Source of the DNA: a virus
Length of the DNA stretch: 64,000 nucleotides
Strand: one strand, 5' to 3'
Virus record (IMG/VR): IMGVR_UViG_3300046514_000338
Location: 1 to 64,000 of that record
Shown: positions 36,908-47,923 of the stretch, piece by piece
Position numbering within the stretch: position 1 is the stretch's first letter
Layout of the letters: the number at the start of each line of letters is the position of its first letter
Program-made: the position numbers and the translations under genes
The notes under the pieces: generated by a model
Told to the model about the DNA's origin: nothing
The model's input: only the letters and a program-made list of their open reading frames with translations
Databases searched by the model: none

Positions 36908-38317
36908 ATGGCAACACCCGGAATATATAGGGGTGCTACGGGCGCACCCGGTACTGTTGCATACCCAAGTGGTATTACAACTGGTATTTTCAACGAATTA
37001 AATTTCGTCATCCCCGATTATATACCTCAACTTATCGCAAAGTATGGCAATGATTCATACATGCTGGTAAGTGAGATTTTAGGTCGTAGTACGGTGGAAG
37101 AAGCCTCTACTACTACAAATACCTATTCGCACTTTGAGCGTGGCCGTCTTTTCGGAGTCGGCATCAACCTCAATAGCGTTGGAGGTTTGACTTCAGGTAG
37201 CGCAGCATCAATCACATTTAAGTCGCCCGACTCTTATGTGGATGCAGCCGGAACGCAATCGGCTTTCCTCAACAACCAAACGGTTAAACTCCGGTCAAAT
37301 GGTAAAAAGGCAACAATCTCCGCTATCTCCCGCGCTTCTGCCGGAGCATTTACGGCTACATTAACACCCACGGGTGCGTATGTACTTAACTCCGGTTCTT
37401 CTGGTACCGTTCTGCTTGCTGGTGAAGGTTTGGAAACTTTCGGTAACCAACTTGCGGGTGAATCTTCCGATTCACAAGGTACGCAGCAACCAAAGTTGTA
37501 TCGTTACGACAATACAGCAACCGTACTTCGCGCCTCTGTAAAGTCATCTGACCTTACAGGGATGAATAAGACCCAAATCGACTTTGGTGACGGCAACAAC
37601 TATGAACCATATCTTGCTGTAAAGGCGATGAACATGCAGATGATGGTTTCAATCGAAGATGCCGTTTTAGAAGGCGTACCTTATGCCAATACTGCGAATA
37701 TCGGCACAGTTGGTATCATCCCCGATGTTACAGCAAGAGGAACAGAAGTTGACTACAACCAATACAACTTCACGGTAGGTGATTTCCAAAACATGACTCG
37801 TGTGTGGGACTACAATGGCGGTCCAAAAGAATATCACGGTGTTCAGGAAATTCAGCAACGCCAAGACATTAACCGCACCTTGTTTGGTCTTTATCCAAAT
37901 GGTGCCATCAGTTACGGAAGTGTTGGGTACAACCAAGAGGCATCTGTCTCTTACGGGTTCCAATCCTTCGCAACCGATACATACGCCATCCATTTTCACC
38001 GCTACAAAGGGTTCTCTGCACCTTCAGTTTTTGGTTATCAACCAACGGTAGGTGACTACCGCGCATTCTTCGGGCTTTTTGCTCCACAGGGCATGGTGGC
38101 CGATGCGAAATTGAATGCTAGCCGTCCCTACATGCAGTGGGTGTATCAGCGTAACCCGGATATTCCTGCCGGAATGAAAATTTACAGTTGGGAACTTGGT
38201 TATACCAAGGCAACAAAGACAACGGAAGCATCCAACAAGTATGAGCAGATAGCATACGTTGGTAGCCGTACAGTCGCAGCCGAGCAGTTTACAATACTTA
38301 AAGGGTTGGCGGCCTAA
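36908..38317 (+). CDS. major capsid protein
   Basis: 469 aa with biased high-expression codon use, GNQLAGESS and GIIPDVTARG segments, followed by a terminator. Confidence 0.82.
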   Translation: MATPGIYRGATGAPGTVAYPSGITTGIFNELNFVIPDYIPQLIAKYGNDSYMLVSEILGRSTVEEASTTTNTYSHFERGRLFGVGINLNSVGGLTSGSAASITFKSPDSYVDAAGTQSAFLNNQTVKLRSNGKKATISAISRASAGAFTATLTPTGAYVLNSGSSGTVLLAGEGLETFGNQLAGESSDSQGTQQPKLYRYDNTATVLRASVKSSDLTGMNKTQIDFGDGNNYEPYLAVKAMNMQMMVSIEDAVLEGVPYANTANIGTVGIIPDVTARGTEVDYNQYNFTVGDFQNMTRVWDYNGGPKEYHGVQEIQQRQDINRTLFGLYPNGAISYGSVGYNQEASVSYGFQSFATDTYAIHFHRYKGFSAPSVFGYQPTVGDYRAFFGLFAPQGMVADAKLNASRPYMQWVYQRNPDIPAGMKIYSWELGYTKATKTTEASNKYEQIAYVGSRTVAAEQFTILKGLAA

Positions 38318-38328
38318 CATTTTCTAAC

Positions 38329-38356
38329 AAGCGGGGGATTTATGTCTCCCGCTTTT
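38329..38356 (+). terminator. intrinsic terminator after the capsid gene
   Basis: AAGCGGGGGAT-TT-ATGTCTCCCGCTTTT. Confidence 0.75.
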
Positions 38357-38366
38357 AAACTTTTTT

Positions 38367-39287
38367 ATGGCAACGAAAAACGCTACACTAGATTTACAGG
38401 ACACTATTATTGATTTGGAACCAAAAAAACACACCTATGTTCTTTCACAAGAACTAGACAAAAGGGGGATGGTCTATGATGAGCATAACCGGCCACGCGC
38501 AGACCAGAAATACCCGAAGCAGCGGAACCTTATGCTTCGTAGTTCTATCGTATGGAAGGGAGGTGCAGACCCATTCTCAAAGAAAGAACGTCAAAGAGGG
38601 CGATACCTTATTCGCTATTACGATGGATGCTCAACATTATTCATCGACGACCAACCAAAGGACAAAGAGACTATTGAGCAGCTTATAAGGAGCACACGGG
38701 ATTTGTTTTTCCAAAACGGTTACCTGCACATTTATGATTACGATACCATGCTTGTAACTTATATGGATTGGTGTAGTTGGAATGAAGACAGTCCATACAA
38801 GGTATCGACGATTGATTCGTCTTTCAGGAAACTAGACCCTGAAAGAGAACATGAACTAGAAGGTGCTTCGGTTGATGAGGTTGAGAAGGCTCTTAAGATT
38901 GCAGGCTCGGCAGATGAAAAAAGGATGATGATACATTCCCGGTTCCTAGAAGTTCCGATGATTGACCATCGCACAGGACAGCCGTTTAGCCCTAAAGCAA
39001 TCCGCGTAGAATACCGGAAAACTGCAATGAACAACACGAAAAAATTTCTTGAAACATATAATGATAAGTCCCTTGCTTATCGGTTCTGGATTGAAAAGGC
39101 ACTTGATAACAGTGATATTAATACGACGATTGTGCCAAACCAAGCGGCATGGGGGAAGAAAGGAAAAGTTATTTGCGATATTTCTGGGCTTAAAGAGCGG
39201 GCGCTTATCTTAAACAAACTCGTAGAATTTTCGCAGAGTGAAGAAGGTATTGGTTTTAAGGAGGAACTGCAACAACTTTACAGTTAG
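38367..39287 (+). CDS. conserved-position protein downstream of the capsid gene
   Basis: Synteny with crAss-like/Bacteroidota podoviruses; IRYYDGCSTLFIDDQ. Confidence 0.6.
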   Translation: MATKNATLDLQDTIIDLEPKKHTYVLSQELDKRGMVYDEHNRPRADQKYPKQRNLMLRSSIVWKGGADPFSKKERQRGRYLIRYYDGCSTLFIDDQPKDKETIEQLIRSTRDLFFQNGYLHIYDYDTMLVTYMDWCSWNEDSPYKVSTIDSSFRKLDPEREHELEGASVDEVEKALKIAGSADEKRMMIHSRFLEVPMIDHRTGQPFSPKAIRVEYRKTAMNNTKKFLETYNDKSLAYRFWIEKALDNSDINTTIVPNQAAWGKKGKVICDISGLKERALILNKLVEFSQSEEGIGFKEELQQLYS

Positions 39288-39315
39288 TCGCTAACGGTGA
39301 TATTATATACAGCAG

Positions 39316-39347
39316 CGGCTAACCCATAAATAGGTTGGCCGTTTTTT
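39316..39347 (+). terminator. intrinsic terminator
   Basis: CGGCTAACC..GGTTGGCCG followed by TTTTTT. Confidence 0.75.
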
Positions 39348-39360
39348 CAATAAAAGTAAA

Positions 39361-40050
39361 ATGGCATTATCCGTAGATTATAATTACAAGTTCGCTCTTG
39401 ATTTAATCCTGAAGTCTCAAAGCGCAGGATTAAAGTCTACGGCATATGCTAATCATTGGAACGATGCCCAATCAACATACTTTGATGACCTACTGGGGAG
39501 ATTTCAGGCAAGAGGTAATGGTAAGGAAGGGGCTAACACAGGACTCATAGTATCGGAAACAATACTTCAGAAACTTTCACCTTTCACTAAAGTTGTTACC
39601 CTAGGTGTAACAAATGGTGTTGTTAATAAACCGGACGACTTTGCATACAGGCTTTCCATAAGAAGCGGTGAGGCTCCGTGTGTAAAAATACTTCCGGGGT
39701 CGATAGGGTATGTTAATAGCAGTGTGATTGACCCACCATCGACAAGTTCACCGTCTTCCATTAGCCCAAGTTTATATTTTTCTGAATATCAAAATTATTA
39801 CAGCGTTCTTCCGATTACGCTAACAAGTATTCAGCTAGAATATATCGCACGACCTAATGACGTTTTATGGGGATTTACTTTTGATATGGATGACAGGCAA
39901 GTGTATAATGAAGGTGCCAGTATTCAACCGCAATGGGATAATTCAAGTTGCAGGGAAATTACTAAAAGAATGCTTACTAATTTAGGAGTAGCATTTAAAG
40001 ATAACGATTTTGTAAACTTTGGTAAAAGCGTACAGCTAACGGGCGAATAA
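39361..40050 (+). CDS. head-tail adaptor/tail ring protein
   Basis: Size, position and LEYIARP.DV.WG motif. Confidence 0.6.
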   Translation: MALSVDYNYKFALDLILKSQSAGLKSTAYANHWNDAQSTYFDDLLGRFQARGNGKEGANTGLIVSETILQKLSPFTKVVTLGVTNGVVNKPDDFAYRLSIRSGEAPCVKILPGSIGYVNSSVIDPPSTSSPSSISPSLYFSEYQNYYSVLPITLTSIQLEYIARPNDVLWGFTFDMDDRQVYNEGASIQPQWDNSSCREITKRMLTNLGVAFKDNDFVNFGKSVQLTGE

Positions 40051-40062
40051 AAATTTACTACT

Positions 40063-40518
40063 ATGCCAACCACACTAGATACAACCAATCTTACAGTAAC
40101 CATTTCGGAGCAACTCACTTCAAATGGGCAAACACTTAATTTCTCAAATCAACTTGTGTTGCCGAATATAAAACCATTTGACCCACGGGTGATGACTATT
40201 CCGATTACCGAAATTACCGTAATGCAGTTCGGAGCAACACCCGCAGCGGGGCAGTTTATTAGCGCAAACGTTAGGTACATTCGTATTACCAATAAAGACG
40301 ATACCAATTTTATCCGCATAAGGGTTATCAAAAGTGGAGGGCAGACATTTGATGTGAAACTAGAAGCCGGGAAATCATTTATTATGGGCAATACAAAAGA
40401 AAGTGCAAACACAACCGGAGCGGCGTTTTCTGCATTTGTAGATATGGACAACATAAGTGCGCAATCAGACACATCTCCATGCGATATTGAATATTTTGTA
40501 GCATCAATTGCTTCGTAA
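40063..40518 (+). CDS. beta-rich virion protein
   Basis: VRYIRITNKDDTN and CDIEYFVAS. Confidence 0.6.
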   Translation: MPTTLDTTNLTVTISEQLTSNGQTLNFSNQLVLPNIKPFDPRVMTIPITEITVMQFGATPAAGQFISANVRYIRITNKDDTNFIRIRVIKSGGQTFDVKLEAGKSFIMGNTKESANTTGAAFSAFVDMDNISAQSDTSPCDIEYFVASIAS

Positions 40519-40521
40519 CAT

Positions 40522-41181
40522 ATGTCATCATTAATAGCATATACAAAGCAGGCTTTAATAGAAAGAGTGCAGCGCCACATGACAAATGGGTGGCCTACTA
40601 CTTCATTTTCTACTACTCCCGCCGAAATACTTTTGTATATCGACCAAGCGGCAGCACCGACTATGGTAGGGCAGGCTTATCAGGGCGCAAAGATTGATGG
40701 TAATATCGCGGTACCCGAAGCATGGTACACTACATACCAACTTCCGGCAACGAAACAAGATATTCCATCTGGCTATTGGTACTCTACACTTCCACAGCCT
40801 CCGGTAAGTCTTCCTTTAGGCTATTCAATAAACAGGGTTTATGCAGCATCAAATGGGGATGGTCAGAGCCTTGATTTTTTGCCGATAGAGGCCAAGAGGG
40901 TAGGAATGCGCGAATATCTTCCAAAGCCTCCCGGCGCAAGGTACTGGGTAACGGGTGATAAAATTTGGCTTGCATCTAACGATGGCGGTTCCTTGGATAT
41001 ATATACTGTATATGCCGAAATGATGAAATCAAGAACTGAATCATTGTCTGAAACACTAAACATGCCGGACGATGCAATAGAACTCATCTTTCAAAACGTA
41101 GTAGCAAAAATCAAAGACAGGATGGGAATACCAAAAGATATTATTGTTGATGATTTACCGGCTGGTAATAAAACTAGTTAA
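40522..41181 (+). CDS. tail ring-like protein
   Basis: Position and size. Confidence 0.55.
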   Translation: MSSLIAYTKQALIERVQRHMTNGWPTTSFSTTPAEILLYIDQAAAPTMVGQAYQGAKIDGNIAVPEAWYTTYQLPATKQDIPSGYWYSTLPQPPVSLPLGYSINRVYAASNGDGQSLDFLPIEAKRVGMREYLPKPPGARYWVTGDKIWLASNDGGSLDIYTVYAEMMKSRTESLSETLNMPDDAIELIFQNVVAKIKDRMGIPKDIIVDDLPAGNKTS

Positions 41182-41183
41182 CC

Positions 41184-41906
41184 ATGCAGTTTGAACCACT
41201 AAAAACTATTGTGGCATTTGCCTTAGACGCGAATGGAAAATCTCAGAAGGATTTTGATAAAGCGTGGTTGCTTGCTTTTAGGGCATTATCTGACCTGAAA
41301 CGTAGCTTTGCTGCCTTACCAAAGAGTGTTCGCATCCCTGTTAATGCAAATAAAACCGTTACTCTTCCGGCAGATTATAATGCATGGAGTAAGATAGGTG
41401 TCCTAAATAGTCACGGCGAAGTTTGTTCTTTGAAAGTAAATAACGGCCTTTCTATTTGGAGAGACAATAACCCTAATCGACTCACATCTCTTACACCAGA
41501 TGTTACCGATAGTATGCCGCTTATCACCAACAATCCATTCTATCTTAATTATTATTACAACGGCGTATATGGTAACCTGTTTGGAACAGGTGGCGGGTTG
41601 ATTCAGTACGGAGCCTGCCGCGTAGATGAGCGTAACAATATTATTTTGCTTGAAGATAATTTTCAATACGACAGCGTTATTTTGGAATATATCAGCGCCC
41701 CGGAACGTGACCAAGATTATATGGTAGAAGAGGCGTTGCGTGAAGCTATTATTGCTTTTATAGAATGGAAAATGAAACTAGCGCCAGAAAAAAGTTACTA
41801 CGATAGGGCAATTGAAGCAAGAAGAAGTCTTCCGGGCAAGCGCGTTACATTGCAAAATATAAACCAAGTAATAAGGGAAGCAACAGGACAATATCTAAAA
41901 TCTTAA
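41184..41906 (+). CDS. tail ring-like protein
   Basis: LPADY, ILEYIS and EAIIAFIEW. Confidence 0.6.
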   Translation: MQFEPLKTIVAFALDANGKSQKDFDKAWLLAFRALSDLKRSFAALPKSVRIPVNANKTVTLPADYNAWSKIGVLNSHGEVCSLKVNNGLSIWRDNNPNRLTSLTPDVTDSMPLITNNPFYLNYYYNGVYGNLFGTGGGLIQYGACRVDERNNIILLEDNFQYDSVILEYISAPERDQDYMVEEALREAIIAFIEWKMKLAPEKSYYDRAIEARRSLPGKRVTLQNINQVIREATGQYLKS

Positions 41907-41916
41907 AATCACAACC

Positions 41917-42222
41917 ATGTCACAACCCTTTCCAACTTCAGGAACCACATTTTCAAGCATATTAGGCATCCACGGGATGAAAGCCCCGACTATTATTTTA
42001 CAGCAGCGACCCGGAGGGGCAAGTGCCTACGGATTTACTCTTGTGAATGATGATTGGGTATTTGGAACAGTAGTAGCCACTTATCCAAACTGCCCAAACT
42101 GGTGCATAAATGATATTGTGTTTTTTGATTTAACAAAAGCGGTACGGTTTCTATTCGGGACTATAAACTATTACGCCATCGACGAAGCCTATATTTATTT
42201 TGCTGAAACACCTGTACTGTAA
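41917..42222 (+). CDS. small protein, possibly GroES-like fold
   Basis: GTVV...INDIVFF...YYAIDEAYI pattern. Confidence 0.45.
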   Translation: MSQPFPTSGTTFSSILGIHGMKAPTIILQQRPGGASAYGFTLVNDDWVFGTVVATYPNCPNWCINDIVFFDLTKAVRFLFGTINYYAIDEAYIYFAETPVL

Positions 42223-45200
42223 TGGGAACCGACCTGAAACAATATTTGCGGGCGCTAAATCTTGACGATAGCCTTTTTAACCTAAAGGCCGACGAATATA
42301 TTGATGCCCTAAATGTTTCAAAGGATGCCGTTGACCCATCATTTGATAACGCCTTGACAAATGTTACAGGGAACAGGCTTGTTCCTTATAATAAACCGGC
42401 AGGAAGTAACGTAGTAATAGGCGCAAAGGCTGACCTTACCAGAAATAGAGTGTACGAGTTCATATGGAACTCAGTTGGCAAACATTCTATAGTAATATTT
42501 GACAGACCTACCCGTACTAGAACTAAATTGATTGAAAACCTAACAGATACTAATCAGATTGACGTTTTAGGGTTCAGGCGAAATAAAAAAATAATTCATG
42601 CAGATATTATTTACCGTGACCAATCAGAGGGAGATTTACTATTCTGGACAGACGGAAGTGTAAGCCCAAGAAAGGCAAACGTAAAACATCTGAAAGACGG
42701 TATTTATTCCTATGTGAAAACCCCGTTCATAGAAACGGCCAAACAGCCGCCGCGAGTACCCGTCATCGCAGTATATGGGAGTGACCCACTGAGAAATGCT
42801 AATTCACTCCGAAAGAAATTAGCGATGACCACCTATCGCTATGTGTATGACGATTTTGAGAAGTCTACTTTTACTACTTACAGTAAGATTCCACTTCCAA
42901 GCGGGTACTACGGCAGCGACAATGACACAAATGACACAAAAAACAATTTTATCAAACTTACTGTTGAAACAGGCGACGAAAATGTAACTGCCATTGAGGT
43001 AGCTATAAGATTTAATGTCGCTGGTAATTGGCAAGATTTTGTTTTAGTGGCAACATTAAATAAAGCACAGTTAGGCATACCAAGCAATACTACCTACGAC
43101 TACTTTTTCTACAATGACGCAATATATCCTCCTATTGCTGTGGATGAGGTGATACAGCTTTTTGATTGGGTTCCACGGCTTGCAAAATCTCAATGCAGCG
43201 CCAATGGGAACACTATTGAATATGGCGCAATAACTGAAAACTATAACAATTATCCGCTTAATCAATTGGACGTAACGATTACAACTGAAAATTTATCAAA
43301 TTCTCCACCAGATACCGACCCGCCTCAAATTACTTATACTAACGATGGTCCGGGTACAGAGATAAATTATACATTCACCGTTATCGGTAGTGTTCCAATA
43401 GGGTCGGAGTATGAGATAATTGTGTATGACCCAACTCAACCAGACCCATATATACTTGTATTCTATACGTCTATTCCGGGTGACACAATAGATAGTATTG
43501 TGACTAAATTATTTAACCTGTTCCCCGTATTCAACAGGACTATAATAACGTCACCATCATTTATTGTTACATTTCCATCTGGAAGTTCTGTGCTTGCGTG
43601 TTCCGTCATTGCCGGCTCCGGCTCACCATCTGTTATTTCAACCGAAAAAACATGGTTGTGGGGTTCAAATTATTTGTTTGGGTTAATATATAAGGACGAC
43701 CAAGGAAGAATTATGCCGGGCGTATTGACGTTTAATCTTCCAATTAGTAGTGATAACGACTTCATGATTACAACGGGAGAGTTTTCATTAGACACAATCA
43801 ATCCGCAAACGCCTGTAGTTAATGCTCAAATAAATCACTTGCCACCAACCGGCGCTGTATCATATGCGTGGGTAAGGAGAAGGATGACATACGCCAACTT
43901 TTTATTTTACGAGACTTGCGATATGCAATCCGATGCTGATTTTTATTATTTCTGTCTTGCAAATATTGAGCAGTATAAAATAGATAACAGCCAATTTGTT
44001 TATGGTACCGCGCCAATAACAAACGACAGCAGGATAAAGGTGATTGCAGGTATTACCGGAAGTTCTTACAATGGGCAATTGTGGAATCAGGATTACGAGA
44101 TACTTGGGCAGGTGACAAGAACATTAACAGGAGGGGCAGCACCAGCCGATAATAGGTTTTATATAAAGGTAAAAAAGACAACCGCCGCTGTAAGCCCTGC
44201 CTACACCGCAAATATGTTGGTAATGGTCTATACGCCAATGCAAAATCCAACTAATGCAGCCGACAGCGTGTATTTTGAGTGGGGCGAAGAGTTCCCTATT
44301 TACGAATTGCTAACCATGACTTATTCTATTTTGTCTAGTGTAATTGTATCAGGAGAAACAGTCATTGGTTCAATCAGCGGAGCAACCGCAACCGTAGTAT
44401 TCAATGATACGACAAGCAAACTTTATCTTGATAATCGACTGCGCACCTTCGTAGCAGGAGAAACTATAACGGGGCAAACTAGCGGAGGTAAGGTTCATCT
44501 TATTTCATTTACTACCGTCAACTATCATCGCGGCGGAACGCAAGACCAAAATGCTACACAGCCCGCTAAATTCTTTTGGCCCGAAGGAGATGTGTATTTT
44601 CATAAGAGGTCGATGTATCGTCAAATCAGGGCAGGTCTTCCATTTACGGCAGACAAAGTTAGCATCATGGATGCCGGTTTTTCTGATTTCTTCCCAAGCG
44701 GTGTAAATGATAATGGTCGCGGTATTACCATAGAAGCAAACGCAAGGGAAACATATTTCCCGGCAACAATTCGTTTCAGCAGGGAGTATCAGCAAAATAC
44801 AAGCATCAACCAAACAAACAGATTTTTCTTTAATAACTTTATCGACCTTGACCGTTCTTTTGGCGACATATTTAAAATGTCATTGCACGACAGGTATATC
44901 AGAATAGGGCAGCGGTATAAGATTGGTGCTGTCCCTATTTTTAACCAACTTACAAAAGACTCAGCCAATACTTCATTGCTTGCGGCTACAGATGCTTTGC
45001 TAAATCCTGTTCAATATTATTCTGGTGACTTTGGCGTTGGCCGGGAGTTCCCCGTGTGGGTTGATTTTAATAATTCAAGTTATTTCTTCGACACAAATAG
45101 AGGCATTTGGTGCAGACTGTCATTAGATGGTATTATACCTATTTCGGTATTATATAATATCAATTCATGGTGTACGAGGCATGGTATTCTTCGCACAGGA

Positions 45201-45824
45201 GATTTCTTTATCTACGGAACCTTTGATTCAAAATTAAACAACTGCCTATTTACTTTTGAGGCCACAGATACCGATGCAGCCGCTACCATTAGTTTCGACG
45301 AAGAAACAAATTCGTATGAGGCATTCCTTTCGTTCCAGCCTGAGTTCATGGCATCTCTTGGCGACCTTCTGATTACTTACAAAAATGGTGATACATGGAC
45401 ACATGATGGAGATTTATTTAATAACTTTTATGGCACTCAATTCCCATCTACTATAACGCCCGTTTTTAATCAAGCCTCACAGGTCAAAAAGAAATTTTTG
45501 TCTGTAGCATACCGCTCAAACAAAGTGTGGTCATCCCCGTCAAAGGGAGATGTAATGACAAGTACGGTTAATCAGCAGACCAACATGCAACAACAAAGTA
45601 AGATACTAGAGAGCCAGTATGAGTTGCAGGAAACGATTTTAACTAGCGCATTCAACTATGACATGAACAGCAGGAGCGACGAACGAATGGGGCTTTGGGA
45701 AGGTGACCCTCTTGGCGGGGATTATTGTGTAGTTAAGTTTGTGTGTCCGGCAGCTTCGTCAAGAGAATTAGTTCATTTTAATTTACCGTATATTAACTAT
45801 ATTCCGTCATCCAAAATATTTTAA
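42222..45824 (+). CDS. tail nozzle/muzzle (P22 gp10-like stabilization) protein
   Basis: 1200 aa; LNLDD..EYIDALN start, LFWTDG..PRK, FGDIFK and beta-propeller-like C-terminal half. Confidence 0.75.
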   Translation: MGTDLKQYLRALNLDDSLFNLKADEYIDALNVSKDAVDPSFDNALTNVTGNRLVPYNKPAGSNVVIGAKADLTRNRVYEFIWNSVGKHSIVIFDRPTRTRTKLIENLTDTNQIDVLGFRRNKKIIHADIIYRDQSEGDLLFWTDGSVSPRKANVKHLKDGIYSYVKTPFIETAKQPPRVPVIAVYGSDPLRNANSLRKKLAMTTYRYVYDDFEKSTFTTYSKIPLPSGYYGSDNDTNDTKNNFIKLTVETGDENVTAIEVAIRFNVAGNWQDFVLVATLNKAQLGIPSNTTYDYFFYNDAIYPPIAVDEVIQLFDWVPRLAKSQCSANGNTIEYGAITENYNNYPLNQLDVTITTENLSNSPPDTDPPQITYTNDGPGTEINYTFTVIGSVPIGSEYEIIVYDPTQPDPYILVFYTSIPGDTIDSIVTKLFNLFPVFNRTIITSPSFIVTFPSGSSVLACSVIAGSGSPSVISTEKTWLWGSNYLFGLIYKDDQGRIMPGVLTFNLPISSDNDFMITTGEFSLDTINPQTPVVNAQINHLPPTGAVSYAWVRRRMTYANFLFYETCDMQSDADFYYFCLANIEQYKIDNSQFVYGTAPITNDSRIKVIAGITGSSYNGQLWNQDYEILGQVTRTLTGGAAPADNRFYIKVKKTTAAVSPAYTANMLVMVYTPMQNPTNAADSVYFEWGEEFPIYELLTMTYSILSSVIVSGETVIGSISGATATVVFNDTTSKLYLDNRLRTFVAGETITGQTSGGKVHLISFTTVNYHRGGTQDQNATQPAKFFWPEGDVYFHKRSMYRQIRAGLPFTADKVSIMDAGFSDFFPSGVNDNGRGITIEANARETYFPATIRFSREYQQNTSINQTNRFFFNNFIDLDRSFGDIFKMSLHDRYIRIGQRYKIGAVPIFNQLTKDSANTSLLAATDALLNPVQYYSGDFGVGREFPVWVDFNNSSYFFDTNRGIWCRLSLDGIIPISVLYNINSWCTRHGILRTGDFFIYGTFDSKLNNCLFTFEATDTDAAATISFDEETNSYEAFLSFQPEFMASLGDLLITYKNGDTWTHDGDLFNNFYGTQFPSTITPVFNQASQVKKKFLSVAYRSNKVWSSPSKGDVMTSTVNQQTNMQQQSKILESQYELQETILTSAFNYDMNSRSDERMGLWEGDPLGGDYCVVKFVCPAASSRELVHFNLPYINYIPSSKIF

Positions 45825-45827
45825 AAC

Positions 45828-46457
45828 ATGCCGTCACCAGATTTAATTGGCTCAATAGGGCAGGCAGCGGGGGGGATAGCCAAAGGAGTAGTAGGTTACT
45901 TCCAGAATAGAAAGGCCAATAAGCTACTTAAAGGTCTTCAATATCCCACAGAGACAATGCCATCGGCGTTAGTAGAAAACCAAAATCGCTGGCGGCAACT
46001 TGCAGGTCAGGGTCTTCCATCTCAGCAATATGCCCAAGCCATGAGAAATCTTCAGCGCACACAACTTTCGTCGCTGATGGCAGCGCATGACCGAAGGGGT
46101 GGCCTTGGTTCCATTGCAGGAATACAGCAGGGTACCAATGACGCATCTCTAAATTTAGATACGGCGGATGCCCGCATGAGACTTCAAAACGAGCAAGGGT
46201 TGATGAACGTAAACAATCAGGTGGCCGCTACGCAGCGTGATTTATTCCAAAAGAACATAAGGGATAAACATACGCAGGATTATGGTTACGCAATGAGGTT
46301 AAAAGGGCAAGGCAATCAAAATATGTTTGGCGGCCTTGACCAATTGCTAGGAGCGGGGCAGTATTATGCCGCATCTAAGCGCCCCGGATATGGAGGCGGT
46401 TATGGAGGCGGGTACCAACAATACGGTCCCGGATATTTACCACCAAACTTAGGTTAA
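45828..46457 (+). CDS. ejection/internal virion protein
   Basis: G/A/Q-rich helical protein after the nozzle gene. Confidence 0.6.
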   Translation: MPSPDLIGSIGQAAGGIAKGVVGYFQNRKANKLLKGLQYPTETMPSALVENQNRWRQLAGQGLPSQQYAQAMRNLQRTQLSSLMAAHDRRGGLGSIAGIQQGTNDASLNLDTADARMRLQNEQGLMNVNNQVAATQRDLFQKNIRDKHTQDYGYAMRLKGQGNQNMFGGLDQLLGAGQYYAASKRPGYGGGYGGGYQQYGPGYLPPNLG

Positions 46458-46465
46458 ACTAAAAC

Positions 46466-47923
46466 ATGCCAACCCCACAACCATACGGAGATATTTTCCA
46501 AGCAAATACGCCTTATACTGACAAGGCTACAAATTATTTATTGCAGGAGCAGCGCCAGCGCGAACTATACAAGCAAAAACAGGCAGAGCAGATAGACAAC
46601 GAACTCCGCACGACAATGCAGGGTGTCAGAAGCGGAGATGTGTCAAAAATGGCCGACCTGTATAATGATTACAAAACATCATGGCAAAAACTAAATTTCA
46701 ATCCACCAAAAAATCAAAAAGAATATTTACAGGCGCAGCGTGATTTGGTTGAAAAAAAAGCAGCCATGTTTAATCACGTTGCGCTAAGTAAGGAACAGGC
46801 GGCGAGGGACGATTATGCGTTGCGGGCAGTTGGGGTAGATAAAAATGACCAGTTCGTACATAATGCTTATGACCTTATCATGCAGAGAAAGAAGCTGCCG
46901 TATGACCAAATGGTTCAAACTACTGATGAGAACGGCAAACCTGTTACTATTGACCCAACAGACCTAGACCAAATAAAAAGACAAATAGATGTGCCCGGAG
47001 TAATGAAAGCTGTTACCGCCGCAAGAGGGAAAGAGCAGACTTACAAAGGCGATAGATACAAGGCAACGCCAAATGACCTTAAGTACACGCAAGACACATA
47101 CGCCTATGGAAACAAGCCAAAACAATTCTTTGATAGCATGTCTCTTTCTGCAACTCAAAACCCTACTAAGTTTTTAAATACGTTACAAGAGCCATCGCCG
47201 CAGGAGTATATCAAAACAGAGCAGGAATATTATGCAGCCATGACACCAGAGGTAAAAAAAGCATGGCGCATAGGCGAAGGAGAAGAACTGCCAGATGACG
47301 AGGGGCTTTCAGATGTTCAGAAGGCTATAAAATACCAAGCAATGAAGTACGCCATTATGAACCCACCAAGGAAAAGTCCGTCATATATCACAGACGAAGA
47401 GCAAAAAATGGCAGATGAAGAGGCAAAACAAAAAAGACTTATATCATACCGTGAATCAGTAGGAGATATTTATAAAAAAGCGCGTATTGATTATCGAAAT
47501 TCAGCAAATGACCAACAAAAAGAAGGTGTCATTCAAAAATTGGTCGATGATTCATTTGATGCGGGGCAGCAAAAAGTTGCCACAGCCGTAAATGGTAAAT
47601 ACACTCCGGCAAGGCTAATATCAGTTCCGGTAGAGTTTGCGAAACAGTATGAGAAGGCAGACCCAAAACTTTCTGGTGCTAAAGTAAGACCAGTATTCTA
47701 TATGACCGAAGACAAGAAATATGTTGTACCGCGTTATCCTAGAGAAGAGTCATATGGCCAAACACCAATTCCAATTAAGACGTACAAGGCAGAAATAGGT
47801 AAAATTATTCTAAGCAAAAAAGATAACGAAGCAGAGATTGAGTTAGATAACACTAATCCAGAAAAACCAACAACATCTCCGGCAACTAAAACTAAAAAAT
47901 CAAAAGTAGGAGCACTTAACTAA
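46466..47923 (+). CDS. ejection/internal virion protein
   Basis: Helical Q/K-rich protein at the podovirus core-protein position. Confidence 0.55.
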   Translation: MPTPQPYGDIFQANTPYTDKATNYLLQEQRQRELYKQKQAEQIDNELRTTMQGVRSGDVSKMADLYNDYKTSWQKLNFNPPKNQKEYLQAQRDLVEKKAAMFNHVALSKEQAARDDYALRAVGVDKNDQFVHNAYDLIMQRKKLPYDQMVQTTDENGKPVTIDPTDLDQIKRQIDVPGVMKAVTAARGKEQTYKGDRYKATPNDLKYTQDTYAYGNKPKQFFDSMSLSATQNPTKFLNTLQEPSPQEYIKTEQEYYAAMTPEVKKAWRIGEGEELPDDEGLSDVQKAIKYQAMKYAIMNPPRKSPSYITDEEQKMADEEAKQKRLISYRESVGDIYKKARIDYRNSANDQQKEGVIQKLVDDSFDAGQQKVATAVNGKYTPARLISVPVEFAKQYEKADPKLSGAKVRPVFYMTEDKKYVVPRYPREESYGQTPIPIKTYKAEIGKIILSKKDNEAEIELDNTNPEKPTTSPATKTKKSKVGALN

